DNA of 24,000 nucleotides from Seohaeicola saemankumensis (GTDB lineage Bacteria; Pseudomonadota; Alphaproteobacteria; Rhodobacterales; Rhodobacteraceae), in contig JAIUZI010000004.1 in the NCBI GenBank assembly GCA_020171285.1, forward strand, positions 234,832 through 258,831, given 5' to 3'. Position numbers and translations under genes: made by a program. Positions 1-8,691 of the stretch are shown piece by piece (the stretch's first letter is position 1; each line of letters starts with the position of its first letter). The notes beneath the pieces were generated by a model, which saw only the letters and a program-made list of their open reading frames with translations, did not search any database and was not told the origin of the DNA.

Positions 1-2
1 CG

Positions 3-1076
3 GCGGCGTTTTATGCCAGCAACAAATCCATGCCCGGCGCGATGGCTGCCGCTGGTCTGCGCGGGTCCGATTTCATCACCGGTTGGAAACGCCGCGAAGA
101 ACCGCTGGACATCGGCTTTGTCGATGAGGCGTCGATGCTGGATGACCGCCAGTTCGAGGATCTCAAGGAAATCTTTCCGAACCTGCTGCTGTTTGGCGAC
201 CCAGCGCAGCTGGCCCCGGTGAACCAGTCCGGCGCGATGGTCTTTGACGGGCTGCCCGCCCCGCGCAAGCTTGAGCTGAGCCGCGTTCACAGGCAGGACG
301 CCGATAACCCGATTTTGGACCTGGCCCATGCGCTGGGCGATCCGCAGCTGGAATTCCACGATTTCGAGCGGATGATCGAAGACACCGCCCGGCGCGACGA
401 GCGGGTGGTCTGGGGTCAGCGGGTTGAGGTCGACCTGATGGCGCGCAGCCCGGTTCTGGTCTGGCGCAACGCCACCCGCATCCGCCTGATCCACGCCTTT
501 CGCACCGTGCACGGTGCGCCCGAAGACGGGCTGCTCGAAGGTGAACCGCTGATCTGCGACGGCATCGAACTGCCGCTGAAACACCGCAAGAAACGGCTCG
601 ATCTCGAGGCGCGGGGGCTGATCAAGGGCGCGCAGACCGTCTACCTCGGCCCCGGCCGCAAACCGGGGTTCTACCGGCTCCATGTGATGGGCGCCGAGGA
701 TCCCCAGATCAGCGCCGCCTCCATCGTGAAGATCGAGAAACCGGACGAGGAAGAACCCTTTATCCCCTTTGCCGCGCGCATGGGGGCGACCTTTTTGCAT
801 GGCGCGGCGGTCACCATTCACAAGGCGCAAGGGTCGCAGTGGGACACGGTGCAGGTCTTTGCGCCCGACCTGTTCGTGGCCGCCCGTATGGGCCGGATGG
901 AGGCGGGACAACCGCTGTGGAAACGGCTGGCCTATGTGGCGATCACGCGGGCGCAGGAACGGCTGATCTGGGTGGTGCGCAACCGGCTGTCGAAACCCAG
1001 CCACCCGCTGCGCATCGACGATCTGCGCAGCGCCGCCAAACCCGCGCCGCTGGTGTTGCAGACCGAAGAGCTCTAG
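3..1076 (+). CDS. SF1B RecD/Dda/Pif1-like DNA helicase, C-terminal part; the 5' end lies outside the window
   Basis: The frame is open from base 3 to TAG at 1074-1076, and the codons before the listed M at 30 are also in frame. Helicase motifs are visible in order: VDEASMLD (motif II, Walker B-like), LLLFGDPAQLAPV (motif III), TIHKAQGSQWDTV (motif V), YVAITRAQERL (motif VI). Confidence 0.85.
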   Translation, partial: AAFYASNKSMPGAMAAAGLRGSDFITGWKRREEPLDIGFVDEASMLDDRQFEDLKEIFPNLLLFGDPAQLAPVNQSGAMVFDGLPAPRKLELSRVHRQDADNPILDLAHALGDPQLEFHDFERMIEDTARRDERVVWGQRVEVDLMARSPVLVWRNATRIRLIHAFRTVHGAPEDGLLEGEPLICDGIELPLKHRKKRLDLEARGLIKGAQTVYLGPGRKPGFYRLHVMGAEDPQISAASIVKIEKPDEEEPFIPFAARMGATFLHGAAVTIHKAQGSQWDTVQVFAPDLFVAARMGRMEAGQPLWKRLAYVAITRAQERLIWVVRNRLSKPSHPLRIDDLRSAAKPAPLVLQTEEL

Positions 1077-1834
1077 CCGTTGCGCAGCAGCCGGAACGCG
1101 GCCGAGGCGCCCCATCCGGCAAAGATCGCGATGGCCAGCGACATCAGCCCGTAAAGGATCGGCCGGTTGCGCGACAGCGAGAACAGCCAGCGTTCCAGGC
1201 CGACCTTGCGCACGTCGATCGAGGTCTCAAGATGTGATACGACATCGCCGTTGCGGGTCAGGAATATCCGGGTTGTATAGTCGCCTTCGGTCAGGTCCGC
1301 CGGCATGTCAATCGACGTGCGGAACAGGGTTTGCTGGTCCAGCGCCACCTGATCTTCGAGCATCTGGTAAAGCCCGGCATCGCGGCGAATGCGGATCACG
1401 GCTTCGGTGAAATTCTTCGCGTCGGGTATTGTTTCCGGTGCACCGACCGACCGGATGGCGCGCTCGATCGAGATCTTCCAGCGCTGGTCTTCGGTATTGC
1501 TCAGCACGTCCTGCAGCGGCGCGGTACTGGCCACGGCATAGAAACTGGGGGCCGAATCGACCTCGAGAACGTCGGTGTTGACCCAGATACCGAACTTGCG
1601 CGACTTGCGGCGCACCACCACGGGTTCGGACGGTCCGGCCACGGTGATCACCACTTCCAGTGGATCCTCGGCGATGGGTTCTTCGCGTTTCACCGCGCCA
1701 AAAATCAGGATCTCGGATCCGTCGAAACTGGTGGTGATCGCCACCTTGTCCTTGCTCAGCCCCAGCACCACCTCTTCGGCCCCGGCGGCCAGTGCGGTGA
1801 TCGTCAGCGCGGCGGCAAGGATCAGGCGCATCAT
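1073..1834 (-). CDS. TIGR02186 / Alph_Pro_TM family membrane protein of unknown function
   Basis: 253 aa starting at ATG-ATG. N-terminal signal peptide (MMRLILAAALTITALAAGA) and a single C-terminal TM helix (ILYGLMSLAIAIFAGWGASAAF). This architecture and the position directly downstream of a TauE-like permease match the alphaproteobacterial TIGR02186 family as I remember it. The start is 3 nt after the TauE stop. Confidence 0.8.
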   Translation of the reverse strand: MMRLILAAALTITALAAGAEEVVLGLSKDKVAITTSFDGSEILIFGAVKREEPIAEDPLEVVITVAGPSEPVVVRRKSRKFGIWVNTDVLEVDSAPSFYAVASTAPLQDVLSNTEDQRWKISIERAIRSVGAPETIPDAKNFTEAVIRIRRDAGLYQMLEDQVALDQQTLFRTSIDMPADLTEGDYTTRIFLTRNGDVVSHLETSIDVRKVGLERWLFSLSRNRPILYGLMSLAIAIFAGWGASAAFRLLRNG

Positions 1835-1837
1835 CGC

Positions 1838-2758
1838 TCAATGCCCCCCGGCCGCGCCGAGCGAATAGAGCTCGGAGGGTTGCAAAAGCAGATCCAGCGC
1901 CAGCTTGCCGCAGACCACCAGCACCATCAGCGCCAGCAGGATGCGCAGCTGTTCCGCCTTCAGGCGCAGGCCGATCTGGGTGCCGATCTGGGCGCCGATG
2001 ACCCCGCCGACCAGCAGCAGCACAGCCAGCACGATATCGACGGTAAAGTTGGTGGTCGCATGCAGCATGGTGGTGAATGCGGTGACAAAGATGATCTGGA
2101 ACAGCGAGGTTCCGACCACCACCTTGGTCGGCATGCCGAGGATATAGATCATCGCGGGCACCATGATGAACCCGCCGCCGACACCCATGATCGCGGCCAG
2201 GATACCCACGACGATCCCGACACCGACCGGCGGGATCACCGATATATAGAGGCCCGATGTGCGGAACCGCATCTTAAAGGGCAGGGCGTGAACCCAGGTC
2301 CGTTGCCGCCGTTTCGGAGGCGGGCCGCCCCCGCGCCGCGATTTGCGGATCGCGCGCAGGCTTTCCAGAAACATCAGCCCGCCGACAACGCCCAGAAACA
2401 GCACGTAACACAGCCGGACCAGCAGATCGACCTGGCCGAGGCTCTTGAGGTAGTTGAACACCAACACGCCAAGCGCCGCGCCGGTCAGGCCGCCGACCAA
2501 GAGCACCAGCCCCATTTTAAGATCGACCGTCTTTCGCCTGAAATGGGCCAGCACACCCGAAAAGGAGGACGCCACGATCTGGTTGGCCTCGGTGGCCACG
2601 GCGACCGCCGGCGGGATGCCGATAAAGAACAACAGCGGCGTCATCAGAAACCCGCCGCCAACGCCGAACATGCCTGAAAGGATACCCACCAACCCGCCGA
2701 GCCCCAGAAGAAGGAACGCGTTAACCGATACCTCGGCAATAGGTAGATATATTTGCAT
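1838..2758 (-). CDS. TauE/SafE family anion (sulfite/organosulfonate-type) exporter permease
   Basis: 306 aa with an ATG start. Polytopic, glycine-rich TM protein with the internal duplication typical of TauE/SafE (GGGFLMTPLL... and ...GVGGGFIMVPAMIY) and a central charged loop (RKSRRGGGPPPKRRQR). Confidence 0.85.
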   Translation of the reverse strand: MQIYLPIAEVSVNAFLLLGLGGLVGILSGMFGVGGGFLMTPLLFFIGIPPAVAVATEANQIVASSFSGVLAHFRRKTVDLKMGLVLLVGGLTGAALGVLVFNYLKSLGQVDLLVRLCYVLFLGVVGGLMFLESLRAIRKSRRGGGPPPKRRQRTWVHALPFKMRFRTSGLYISVIPPVGVGIVVGILAAIMGVGGGFIMVPAMIYILGMPTKVVVGTSLFQIIFVTAFTTMLHATTNFTVDIVLAVLLLVGGVIGAQIGTQIGLRLKAEQLRILLALMVLVVCGKLALDLLLQPSELYSLGAAGGH

Positions 2759-2855
2759 GTGTTAATCTATTCCGGAGACACCCCGTTTTGCAACAGGGCA
2801 GTGAGCTCGGGTAACTCCCAGTGTCAAAGCGCGGGCTCAAAAGTCAAGCGGTGGA

Positions 2856-2879
2856 GGCGCGCGATTGTCCGCGCGCGCC
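2856..2879 (-). terminator. GC-rich hairpin downstream of the ABC transporter operon; possible terminator
   Basis: GGCGCGCG (2856-2863) pairs with CGCGCGCC (2872-2879). It lies a few nt after the permease stop at 2883-2885. On the minus strand it is followed by tccaccgcttgacttttgag, which is only moderately T-rich. Confidence 0.35.
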
Positions 2880-2882
2880 AAT

Positions 2883-3848
2883 TTACCGCTCTTTCACGTA
2901 GGGTTCGCCACCGGCGCGCGGCGGAATCGCCTTGCCGACGAAACCCGCCAGGATCACCACGGTCAGGATATAGGGCAGCGCGTCCATGGCCTGAACCGGG
3001 ATGACAAAGCCGCCGACGTCGATGTTCTGATAGCGCAGGGCGATTGCCTGCAGGAACCCGAACAACAGACAGGCCCACATGGCGTGCCAGGGCCGCCACT
3101 TGGCAAAGATCAGCGCGGCCAGCGCGATGAACCCGCGCCCGGCGGTCATGTCCTTGACGAACCCGGCCTGCAACGCGGTGGCCAGATAGGCCCCGGCAAT
3201 ACCGCACAGCACCCCACAGATCGCAACGGCCGCATAGCGCAGGCCGACCACGGACACGCCCGCGGTGTCCACCGCGGCGGGGTTCTCCCCCACAGCCCGC
3301 AGGCGCAGGCCAAACCGGGTGCGATAGAGAATCCACCAGGTCGCCGGAACTGCCAGAAACGCGAGGTAGACCAGAATCGGGTGCCCAGAGATCAGCTCGG
3401 AATAGATCGGGCCCAGAATGGGAACGCCGCTCAGCGCTTCGGCAAAGGGCAACTCGATCGGCGCGAACCGCCCGCCCCCGATCAGCGAGGGTGTGCGCCC
3501 GCCCTGCTGGAACCAGTCCTGTGCGATCAGGACCGTCATGCCGGCGGCGAGAAAGTTGATCGCGACCCCCGAGATCAGCTGGTTGCCGCGAAAGGTGATT
3601 GATGCCAGCCCGTGCAGTCCGCTCAGCAGCAGCGAGGATACGATACCGGCCAGCAGGCCCAGCCAGACCGAACCGCTGGTCGCGGCGATTGCGGCGGAAA
3701 AGAACGCCGCCATCAGCATCTTGCCCTCAAGGCCGATGTCAAAGATCCCGGCGCGTTCGGAATACAGCCCCGCCAGACAGGCCAGCAGCAGTGGCGTGGC
3801 AAGGCGCACGGTGCTGTCGAGCACCTGGATGATGGTCAGGAAATCCAT
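2883..3848 (-). CDS. ABC transporter permease, BMP/nucleoside-type importer (YufQ/NupC/RnsD-like)
   Basis: 321 aa with an ATG start, 1 nt after the upstream permease stop. Polytopic membrane protein of the sugar/nucleoside ABC permease type. Last gene of an SBP-ATPase-permease-permease operon. Confidence 0.9.
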   Translation of the reverse strand: MDFLTIIQVLDSTVRLATPLLLACLAGLYSERAGIFDIGLEGKMLMAAFFSAAIAATSGSVWLGLLAGIVSSLLLSGLHGLASITFRGNQLISGVAINFLAAGMTVLIAQDWFQQGGRTPSLIGGGRFAPIELPFAEALSGVPILGPIYSELISGHPILVYLAFLAVPATWWILYRTRFGLRLRAVGENPAAVDTAGVSVVGLRYAAVAICGVLCGIAGAYLATALQAGFVKDMTAGRGFIALAALIFAKWRPWHAMWACLLFGFLQAIALRYQNIDVGGFVIPVQAMDALPYILTVVILAGFVGKAIPPRAGGEPYVKER

Positions 3849-3849
3849 C

Positions 3850-4944
3850 TCAGGCGTCCTTTCTGCGCAGCGCGAGGAACAGACGTTCCAGCGGCATCCG
3901 GACCATGTTGTCCAGCGCCCCAGTGAACAGGATCACCAGCGCCTGGATCACAACGATCAACTCGCGCGGGATGCTCGTCCACAGCGCCAGTTCGGCGCCG
4001 CCCTGATACAGGAACCCGAACAGGATCGCGGCCAGAAACACCCCGAACGGATGCGACCGCCCCATCAGCGCTACCGCGATGCCGATGAACCCGGCCCCCT
4101 CGGTGGCGTTCATCACCAGCCGCTCGGCCTCGCCCATGACGTTGTTGGTGGCCATCAGCCCGGCCAGCGCGCCAGAAATCAGCATCGCGATCATGGTGAT
4201 CCGGACCGGCGAAATCCCGGCATAGAGCGCGCCGGTTTCCGAATGACCATAGGCGCGGATCTCGTACCCCAGCCGGGTCCGCCAGATCAGCGCCCAGACC
4301 AGAACGCAGGCCGCCACCGCCAGCAGCAGGCTGATGTTGGCCGGTGCCGCCTTGGAGAAACTGATGCCCAGCGGGGCCAGCAACTCGTGCAGGGTCGGCA
4401 GGTGCACCGCCTCGGGAAAGCGGGCCGAAGCCGGGTCCATCGACCCCTTGGGCCGCATCACGTTGACCAGCATGTAATTCAGAACGGCGGCGGCGATAAA
4501 GTTGAACATGATCGTGGTAATCACGATATGGCTGCCGCGCTTGGCCTGCAGGTAGGCCGGGATCGCGGCCCATGCCGCGCCAAAGATCATCGCCCCGACC
4601 GAGGCCGCGATCAGCGCCAGCGACCAATGCGGCCACGGCACATAGAGACAGGCCAGCGCCACGCCAAGACCGCCCAGCATCGCCTGACCTTCGCCACCGA
4701 TGTTGAACATGCGCGCGTGAAAGGCCACCGCGACGGCCAGCCCGGTGAACATGAAGTTGGTGGCGTAATAAAGCGTATAGCCCCAGCCATAGGTCGACCC
4801 CAGCGCGCCGTCCACCATCAGCTTGACCGCTGCCACCGGATCTTCGCCGATGCCCAGGATCACCAGAGCCGACAGGATCGCCGCCAGGATCAGCGAAATC
4901 AGCGGGATCAGGATGACGTCGGCCCATTTCGGCATCTTGTCCAT
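3850..4944 (-). CDS. ABC transporter permease, BMP/nucleoside-type importer (YufP/NupB/RnsC-like)
   Basis: 364 aa with an ATG start, 1 nt after the ATPase stop. Polytopic membrane protein containing the NIGGEGQ motif region typical of this permease family. Confidence 0.9.
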   Translation of the reverse strand: MDKMPKWADVILIPLISLILAAILSALVILGIGEDPVAAVKLMVDGALGSTYGWGYTLYYATNFMFTGLAVAVAFHARMFNIGGEGQAMLGGLGVALACLYVPWPHWSLALIAASVGAMIFGAAWAAIPAYLQAKRGSHIVITTIMFNFIAAAVLNYMLVNVMRPKGSMDPASARFPEAVHLPTLHELLAPLGISFSKAAPANISLLLAVAACVLVWALIWRTRLGYEIRAYGHSETGALYAGISPVRITMIAMLISGALAGLMATNNVMGEAERLVMNATEGAGFIGIAVALMGRSHPFGVFLAAILFGFLYQGGAELALWTSIPRELIVVIQALVILFTGALDNMVRMPLERLFLALRRKDA

Positions 4945-4945
4945 C

Positions 4946-6535
4946 TCAGGCGGCCTCTCCGCTCACACCGGCCATAAGCAGGCCGAGTTCCTTTTCATCG
5001 GTTTCGGCAGGCAGGCGTTCGCCCATGATGTGGCCGTCGAACATCACCGCGATGCGGTCCGAGAGACCGAAAATCTCTTCCAGTTCGACAGAGACCAGCA
5101 GAACCGCCTTGCCCGCGTCGCGCAGGGCGACGATCTGCTTGTGGATGAATTCGATGGCGCCGATGTCGACGCCGCGCGTGGGTTGGCCCACCAGCAGCAG
5201 GTCCGGGTTGCGCTCGATCTCGCGGGCGACCACAATCTTTTGCTGGTTCCCACCGCTGAAGTTCTTGGCCGTCAGCCAGCCGTCCGCCGGGCGAATGTCG
5301 AATTTCTCGATCTTGGCCTCGGTGTCGGCCCTGAGCGCACCATTGTCCATCAGCAGGCCATTGCGCTGGTAGGCCGGGTCGTGGTGATACCCAAAGGCGA
5401 CATTCTCCCAGGCATGGAACTCCATGATCAGCCCCTCGCGCTGGCGGTCCTCGGGGACGTGGGCCACATGCGCGGCGCGGCGTGATTGGCCATCCGACCC
5501 CGGGCCGCTCAGCGGCAGGGGGGCACCATTCAGCCGCACGGTGCCCGCGCCGGGACGCATGCCGCCCAGCACCTCCAGCAATTCCGACTGGCCGTTTCCG
5601 GCCACCCCGGCGATGCCAAGGATCTCGCCCGCGCGCACGCTCAGGTCGATACCCTTGACCCGTTCGACACCCTGTTCGTCGACCACCCGCAGGTTCTCGA
5701 TCTCAAGCACCGGCTTGCCCGGCGTCGCCGGGGCCTTGTCGACGCGCAGCAACACCTTGCGCCCGACCATCAGCTCGGCCAGATGCTCGGGGCTGGTTTC
5801 CGAGGTCTTCACCGTCGCCGTCATCTCGCCGCGCCGCATGACGCTGACGGTGTCGGTGGCCTCCATGATCTCGCGCAGCTTGTGGGTGATCAGGATGATC
5901 GTCTTCCCCTCTTCTCGCAGCCTATGCAGGATGCGGAACAACTGGTCCGCCTCGGCGGGGGTCAGCACGCCGGTCGGTTCATCCAGGATCAGGATGTCGG
6001 CCTGCCGGTACAGCGCCTTCAGGATCTCGACCCGCTGCTGCATTCCGACGCCGATCTCGTCGATGCGGGCATCGGGGTTCACGTTCAGCTCGTATTCGGC
6101 GGCCAGTTCCGCCAATGTCTTGCGCGCCTTGGCCAGCGACGGTTTCAACAGTCCGCCGTCCTCGGCGCCCAGGATGATGTTTTCCAGCACGGTGAAATTT
6201 TCCACCAGCTTGAAATGCTGGAATACCATGCCGATGCCGGCGGCGATGGCGGCCTGGCTGTCGGGGATCTCGGTCCGCTGACCGTTGATGAAAATCTCGC
6301 CTTTGTCGGCTTTGTAGAAGCCGTAAAGGATGCTCATCAGCGTGGATTTGCCCGCGCCGTTCTCACCGATGATGCCATGGATGGTCCCGGGGGCGACGCT
6401 GATGGAAATGTCTTTGTTGGCCTGTACCGGGCCAAAGGACTTGGAAATGCCCCGCAGTTCGATCGCGGGCGCGTTAGATGCGGCGGTTGCCGGGGCGGCA
6501 GTTGCCTGCCGCCCCGTATCCTGTGCCGGACTCAT
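4946..6535 (-). CDS. ABC transporter ATP-binding protein with duplicated ATPase domains (YufO/NupA/RnsB-like)
   Basis: 529 aa. Walker A GENGAGKST, signature/Walker B region (ILILDEPT) in the first half, and a second degenerate cassette (SGGNQQK...LLLVGQPTRGVD). The start is 2 nt after the SBP stop. Confidence 0.95.
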   Translation of the reverse strand: MSPAQDTGRQATAAPATAASNAPAIELRGISKSFGPVQANKDISISVAPGTIHGIIGENGAGKSTLMSILYGFYKADKGEIFINGQRTEIPDSQAAIAAGIGMVFQHFKLVENFTVLENIILGAEDGGLLKPSLAKARKTLAELAAEYELNVNPDARIDEIGVGMQQRVEILKALYRQADILILDEPTGVLTPAEADQLFRILHRLREEGKTIILITHKLREIMEATDTVSVMRRGEMTATVKTSETSPEHLAELMVGRKVLLRVDKAPATPGKPVLEIENLRVVDEQGVERVKGIDLSVRAGEILGIAGVAGNGQSELLEVLGGMRPGAGTVRLNGAPLPLSGPGSDGQSRRAAHVAHVPEDRQREGLIMEFHAWENVAFGYHHDPAYQRNGLLMDNGALRADTEAKIEKFDIRPADGWLTAKNFSGGNQQKIVVAREIERNPDLLLVGQPTRGVDIGAIEFIHKQIVALRDAGKAVLLVSVELEEIFGLSDRIAVMFDGHIMGERLPAETDEKELGLLMAGVSGEAA

Positions 6536-6537
6536 GC

Positions 6538-7536
6538 TCAGAAGCTCAGAGCCGGGCAGCTGTCGTTGTCGTAGTAGCTGACCACGCTCAGTTCGCCGTC
6601 GATGATCTTCTGACGGGCCGAGTCGGCGGCCATTTTCATGTCGTCCGTCACTAGGCTGGCGTTGTTGTCGTCGAGCGCATAGCCGACACCCTCTTCGGCG
6701 AGGCCCAGCACGAAGACGCCGGTTTCGACATCGGCGCCGGCCTTCATCGCGTCATAGACGGCGACATCGACCCGCTTCAGCATCGAGGTCAGAACCTTGC
6801 CCGGATGCAGGTGGTTCTGGTTGCTGTCCACGCCAATCGACAGAATGCCTTCGTCGGCGGCGGTCTGCAGCACGCCGACACCGGTGCCGCCGGCGGCGGC
6901 ATAGATCACGTCGGCGCCCTGGCTGATCTGCGCCTTGGTCAGCTCGCTGCCCTTGACCGGGTCATTCCAGGCGGCGGGTGTGGTGCCGGTCATGTTGGCG
7001 ACGATCTTGATATCGGGGTTCACCGCCTTGGCGCCCTGCGCATAGCCGCAGCCAAAGTGACGGATCAGCGGGATATCCATGCCGCCGACAAAGCCGACGG
7101 TGCCGGATTTCGAGGCCATCGCGGCCAGCATGCCGACCAGATATGAGCCTTCGTGCTCGGCAAAGCCGATCTGGCGGATGTTCGGGGCATCCAGCCATGT
7201 CACGTCAACGGCCACGAACTTGGTATCGGGGTAATCGGCCGCAACGGCGCTCAGCGGATCGGCCATGGCAAAGCCCATGGTGATCACCGGGTTGGCGCCG
7301 GCCTCGGCAAAGCGGCGCAGCGCCTGCTCGCGCTGGGCTTCGGACTGCAGCTCGATCTCGCGAAAGCTGCCGCCGGTTTCGTCGGCCCAACGCTTGGCGC
7401 CGTTAAAGGCCGCTTCGTTAAAGGATTTGTCGAACTTGCCGCCAAGGTCAAAGATCAGCGCCGGTTCGGCCAGGGCTGCGCCCGCGCTCAGGGCAAAGGC
7501 GGCGGTTGCTCCCATCAGGGATTTCATGAAGGTCAT
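6538..7536 (-). CDS. BMP-family (PnrA/Med-like) ABC transporter substrate-binding protein
   Basis: Sequence is of the BMP lipoprotein/purine-nucleoside receptor type (FDKSFNEAAFNGAKRWADETG, VGFVGGMDIPLIRHFGCGY). I prefer the ATG at 7534-7536 because GGGAG lies 7 nt upstream and it gives a signal peptide (MTFMKSLMGATAAFALSAGAALA). The track ORF extends to 7614. Confidence 0.9.
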   Translation of the reverse strand: MTFMKSLMGATAAFALSAGAALAEPALIFDLGGKFDKSFNEAAFNGAKRWADETGGSFREIELQSEAQREQALRRFAEAGANPVITMGFAMADPLSAVAADYPDTKFVAVDVTWLDAPNIRQIGFAEHEGSYLVGMLAAMASKSGTVGFVGGMDIPLIRHFGCGYAQGAKAVNPDIKIVANMTGTTPAAWNDPVKGSELTKAQISQGADVIYAAAGGTGVGVLQTAADEGILSIGVDSNQNHLHPGKVLTSMLKRVDVAVYDAMKAGADVETGVFVLGLAEEGVGYALDDNNASLVTDDMKMAADSARQKIIDGELSVVSYYDNDSCPALSF

Positions 7537-7636
7537 ACTGGTACTCCCGTTGGTTATTTGTTCCGGTCGCATGTGGGGCGCCGGTTTTGTTGGCATTGTG
7601 CCGGTATGGCGCAATTAAGGCCGCAGGGGAGGCAGG

Positions 7637-7657
7637 CGGTCAACTGCTTTTTGACCG
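7637..7657 (-). other. Weak 7-bp hairpin between the rimI stop and the ABC operon upstream region
   Basis: CGGTCAA (7637-7643) pairs with TTGACCG (7651-7657) across a 7-nt loop. No U-tract follows on the minus strand, so a terminator role is doubtful. It could equally be an operator or nothing. Confidence 0.2.
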
Positions 7658-7684
7658 GTTGGTCCAAGATATGAGCAGGTGCCG

Positions 7685-8098
7685 TCAGGGCAGGGCGCGG
7701 GACATGATAATTGCATCAACCGCAGGCCCGTCCGGGCGGGCGTAGTAACCCCTGCGCTGGCCACTGGTGGCGAATCCGCACCGCTCATAGAGCGCGCGTG
7801 CGCCAATGTTGTCGGCGGCAACCTCCAGAAAGGCGTAGGCGGCGCCACGAGAGGCGGCCTGTTGCATCCAGTCGGCCATGCAGGATCGGGCAAGGCCCTG
7901 GCGCTGGTGCTCGGGATGGGTGGCGATGGTCAGCAGTTCGGCTTCATCCGCGATCACCCGGACCAGCGCGAACGCGCGGGCATCGCCAGTGGCGAAGCAA
8001 TGCGGGCTGTCCAGCAGGGCGGCGAATTCGGCCGCGCTCCAGGGGCGGGACTGGGTGAAAGCGGCGGCATGCAGGGCGGCCATCTGATCGGCGGTCAT
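7685..8098 (-). CDS. rimI: Ribosomal-protein-alanine N-acetyltransferase (GNAT family)
   Basis: 137 aa. GNAT acetyl-CoA binding region (HPEHQRQGLARSCM) and the classic tsaB-rimI adjacency. The ATG overlaps the tsaB stop as ATGA at 8098. Confidence 0.85.
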   Translation of the reverse strand: MTADQMAALHAAAFTQSRPWSAAEFAALLDSPHCFATGDARAFALVRVIADEAELLTIATHPEHQRQGLARSCMADWMQQAASRGAAYAFLEVAADNIGARALYERCGFATSGQRRGYYARPDGPAVDAIIMSRALP

Positions 8099-8691
8099 CA
8101 GTCCAGCAACACCGGCGGCATGTCGCGCGACGGCGCGGCATCGGCCGGCCGGATATAGAGTGGCGCGGGCGGCTCGGTGGTGGTCTGCCAGCGTTGGCCG
8201 GCAATGCGGGCGATCGCCTCGGCCAGCTGGCGCGGGTCGCTGGTGGCGTCAAGCGTCAGTCCAAGGTTCCCGGCCAGCGTCTGCGCCTCGGCCACCGGCA
8301 GCAGCGCGGGATCGCCATTGGGCGGCGCGATATAGACATGATCGCGGGGGGCGGCGACGGCGGGCAGGATACCGGGGCGGGCCTGGGCCTCGAGCGTGGA
8401 CACCCCGACCGCAGGCACCGACAGGCCCAGCGCCAACCCGCGCGCGGCGGACACCGAAATCCGGATGCCGGTGAAATTGCCGGGTCCGACGCCGACGCCG
8501 ATCGCGGTCAGGTCACGCCACTCCGCCCCGGCTTCGGCCAGCATCTCCTGCAAAAGCGGCATCAGCCGCTCGGCCTGTCCGCGCGGCATGTCTTCGGCCC
8601 GTGACGCGATGATCCGGTCACCGCACAGCAAAGCGGCCGCGCAATGCGCGGCCGATGTGTCAAATCCCAGGATCAGGGCGTCAGATGCCAA
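8098..8691 (-). CDS. tsaB: tRNA threonylcarbamoyladenosine (t6A) biosynthesis protein TsaB (YeaZ)
   Basis: 197 aa. N-terminus ILGFDTSAAHCAAAL is the typical TsaB/YeaZ start, and GPGNFTGIRISVSAARGLA is the conserved ASKHA-fold motif. The start codon is TTG at 8689-8691 and overlaps the upstream NifU-like gene by 11 nt. Confidence 0.9.
   Translation of the reverse strand: MASDALILGFDTSAAHCAAALLCGDRIIASRAEDMPRGQAERLMPLLQEMLAEAGAEWRDLTAIGVGVGPGNFTGIRISVSAARGLALGLSVPAVGVSTLEAQARPGILPAVAAPRDHVYIAPPNGDPALLPVAEAQTLAGNLGLTLDATSDPRQLAEAIARIAGQRWQTTTEPPAPLYIRPADAAPSRDMPPVLLD

Noticed and set aside
1971-2000. Tandem 12-mer CCGATCTGGG(T/C)G repeated 2.5 times
   Set aside because: It lies inside the TauE CDS and simply encodes the repetitive TM segment IGAQIGTQIG. 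It is not an independent repeat element.
1331-4977. Long plus-strand ORFs (1331-2677, 2865-3602, 3418-4977) opposite the TauE and ABC permease genes
   Set aside because: These are antisense shadows of membrane-protein genes. Their products are highly charged and repetitive (H, D, R, Q runs), and they have no SD or start context.
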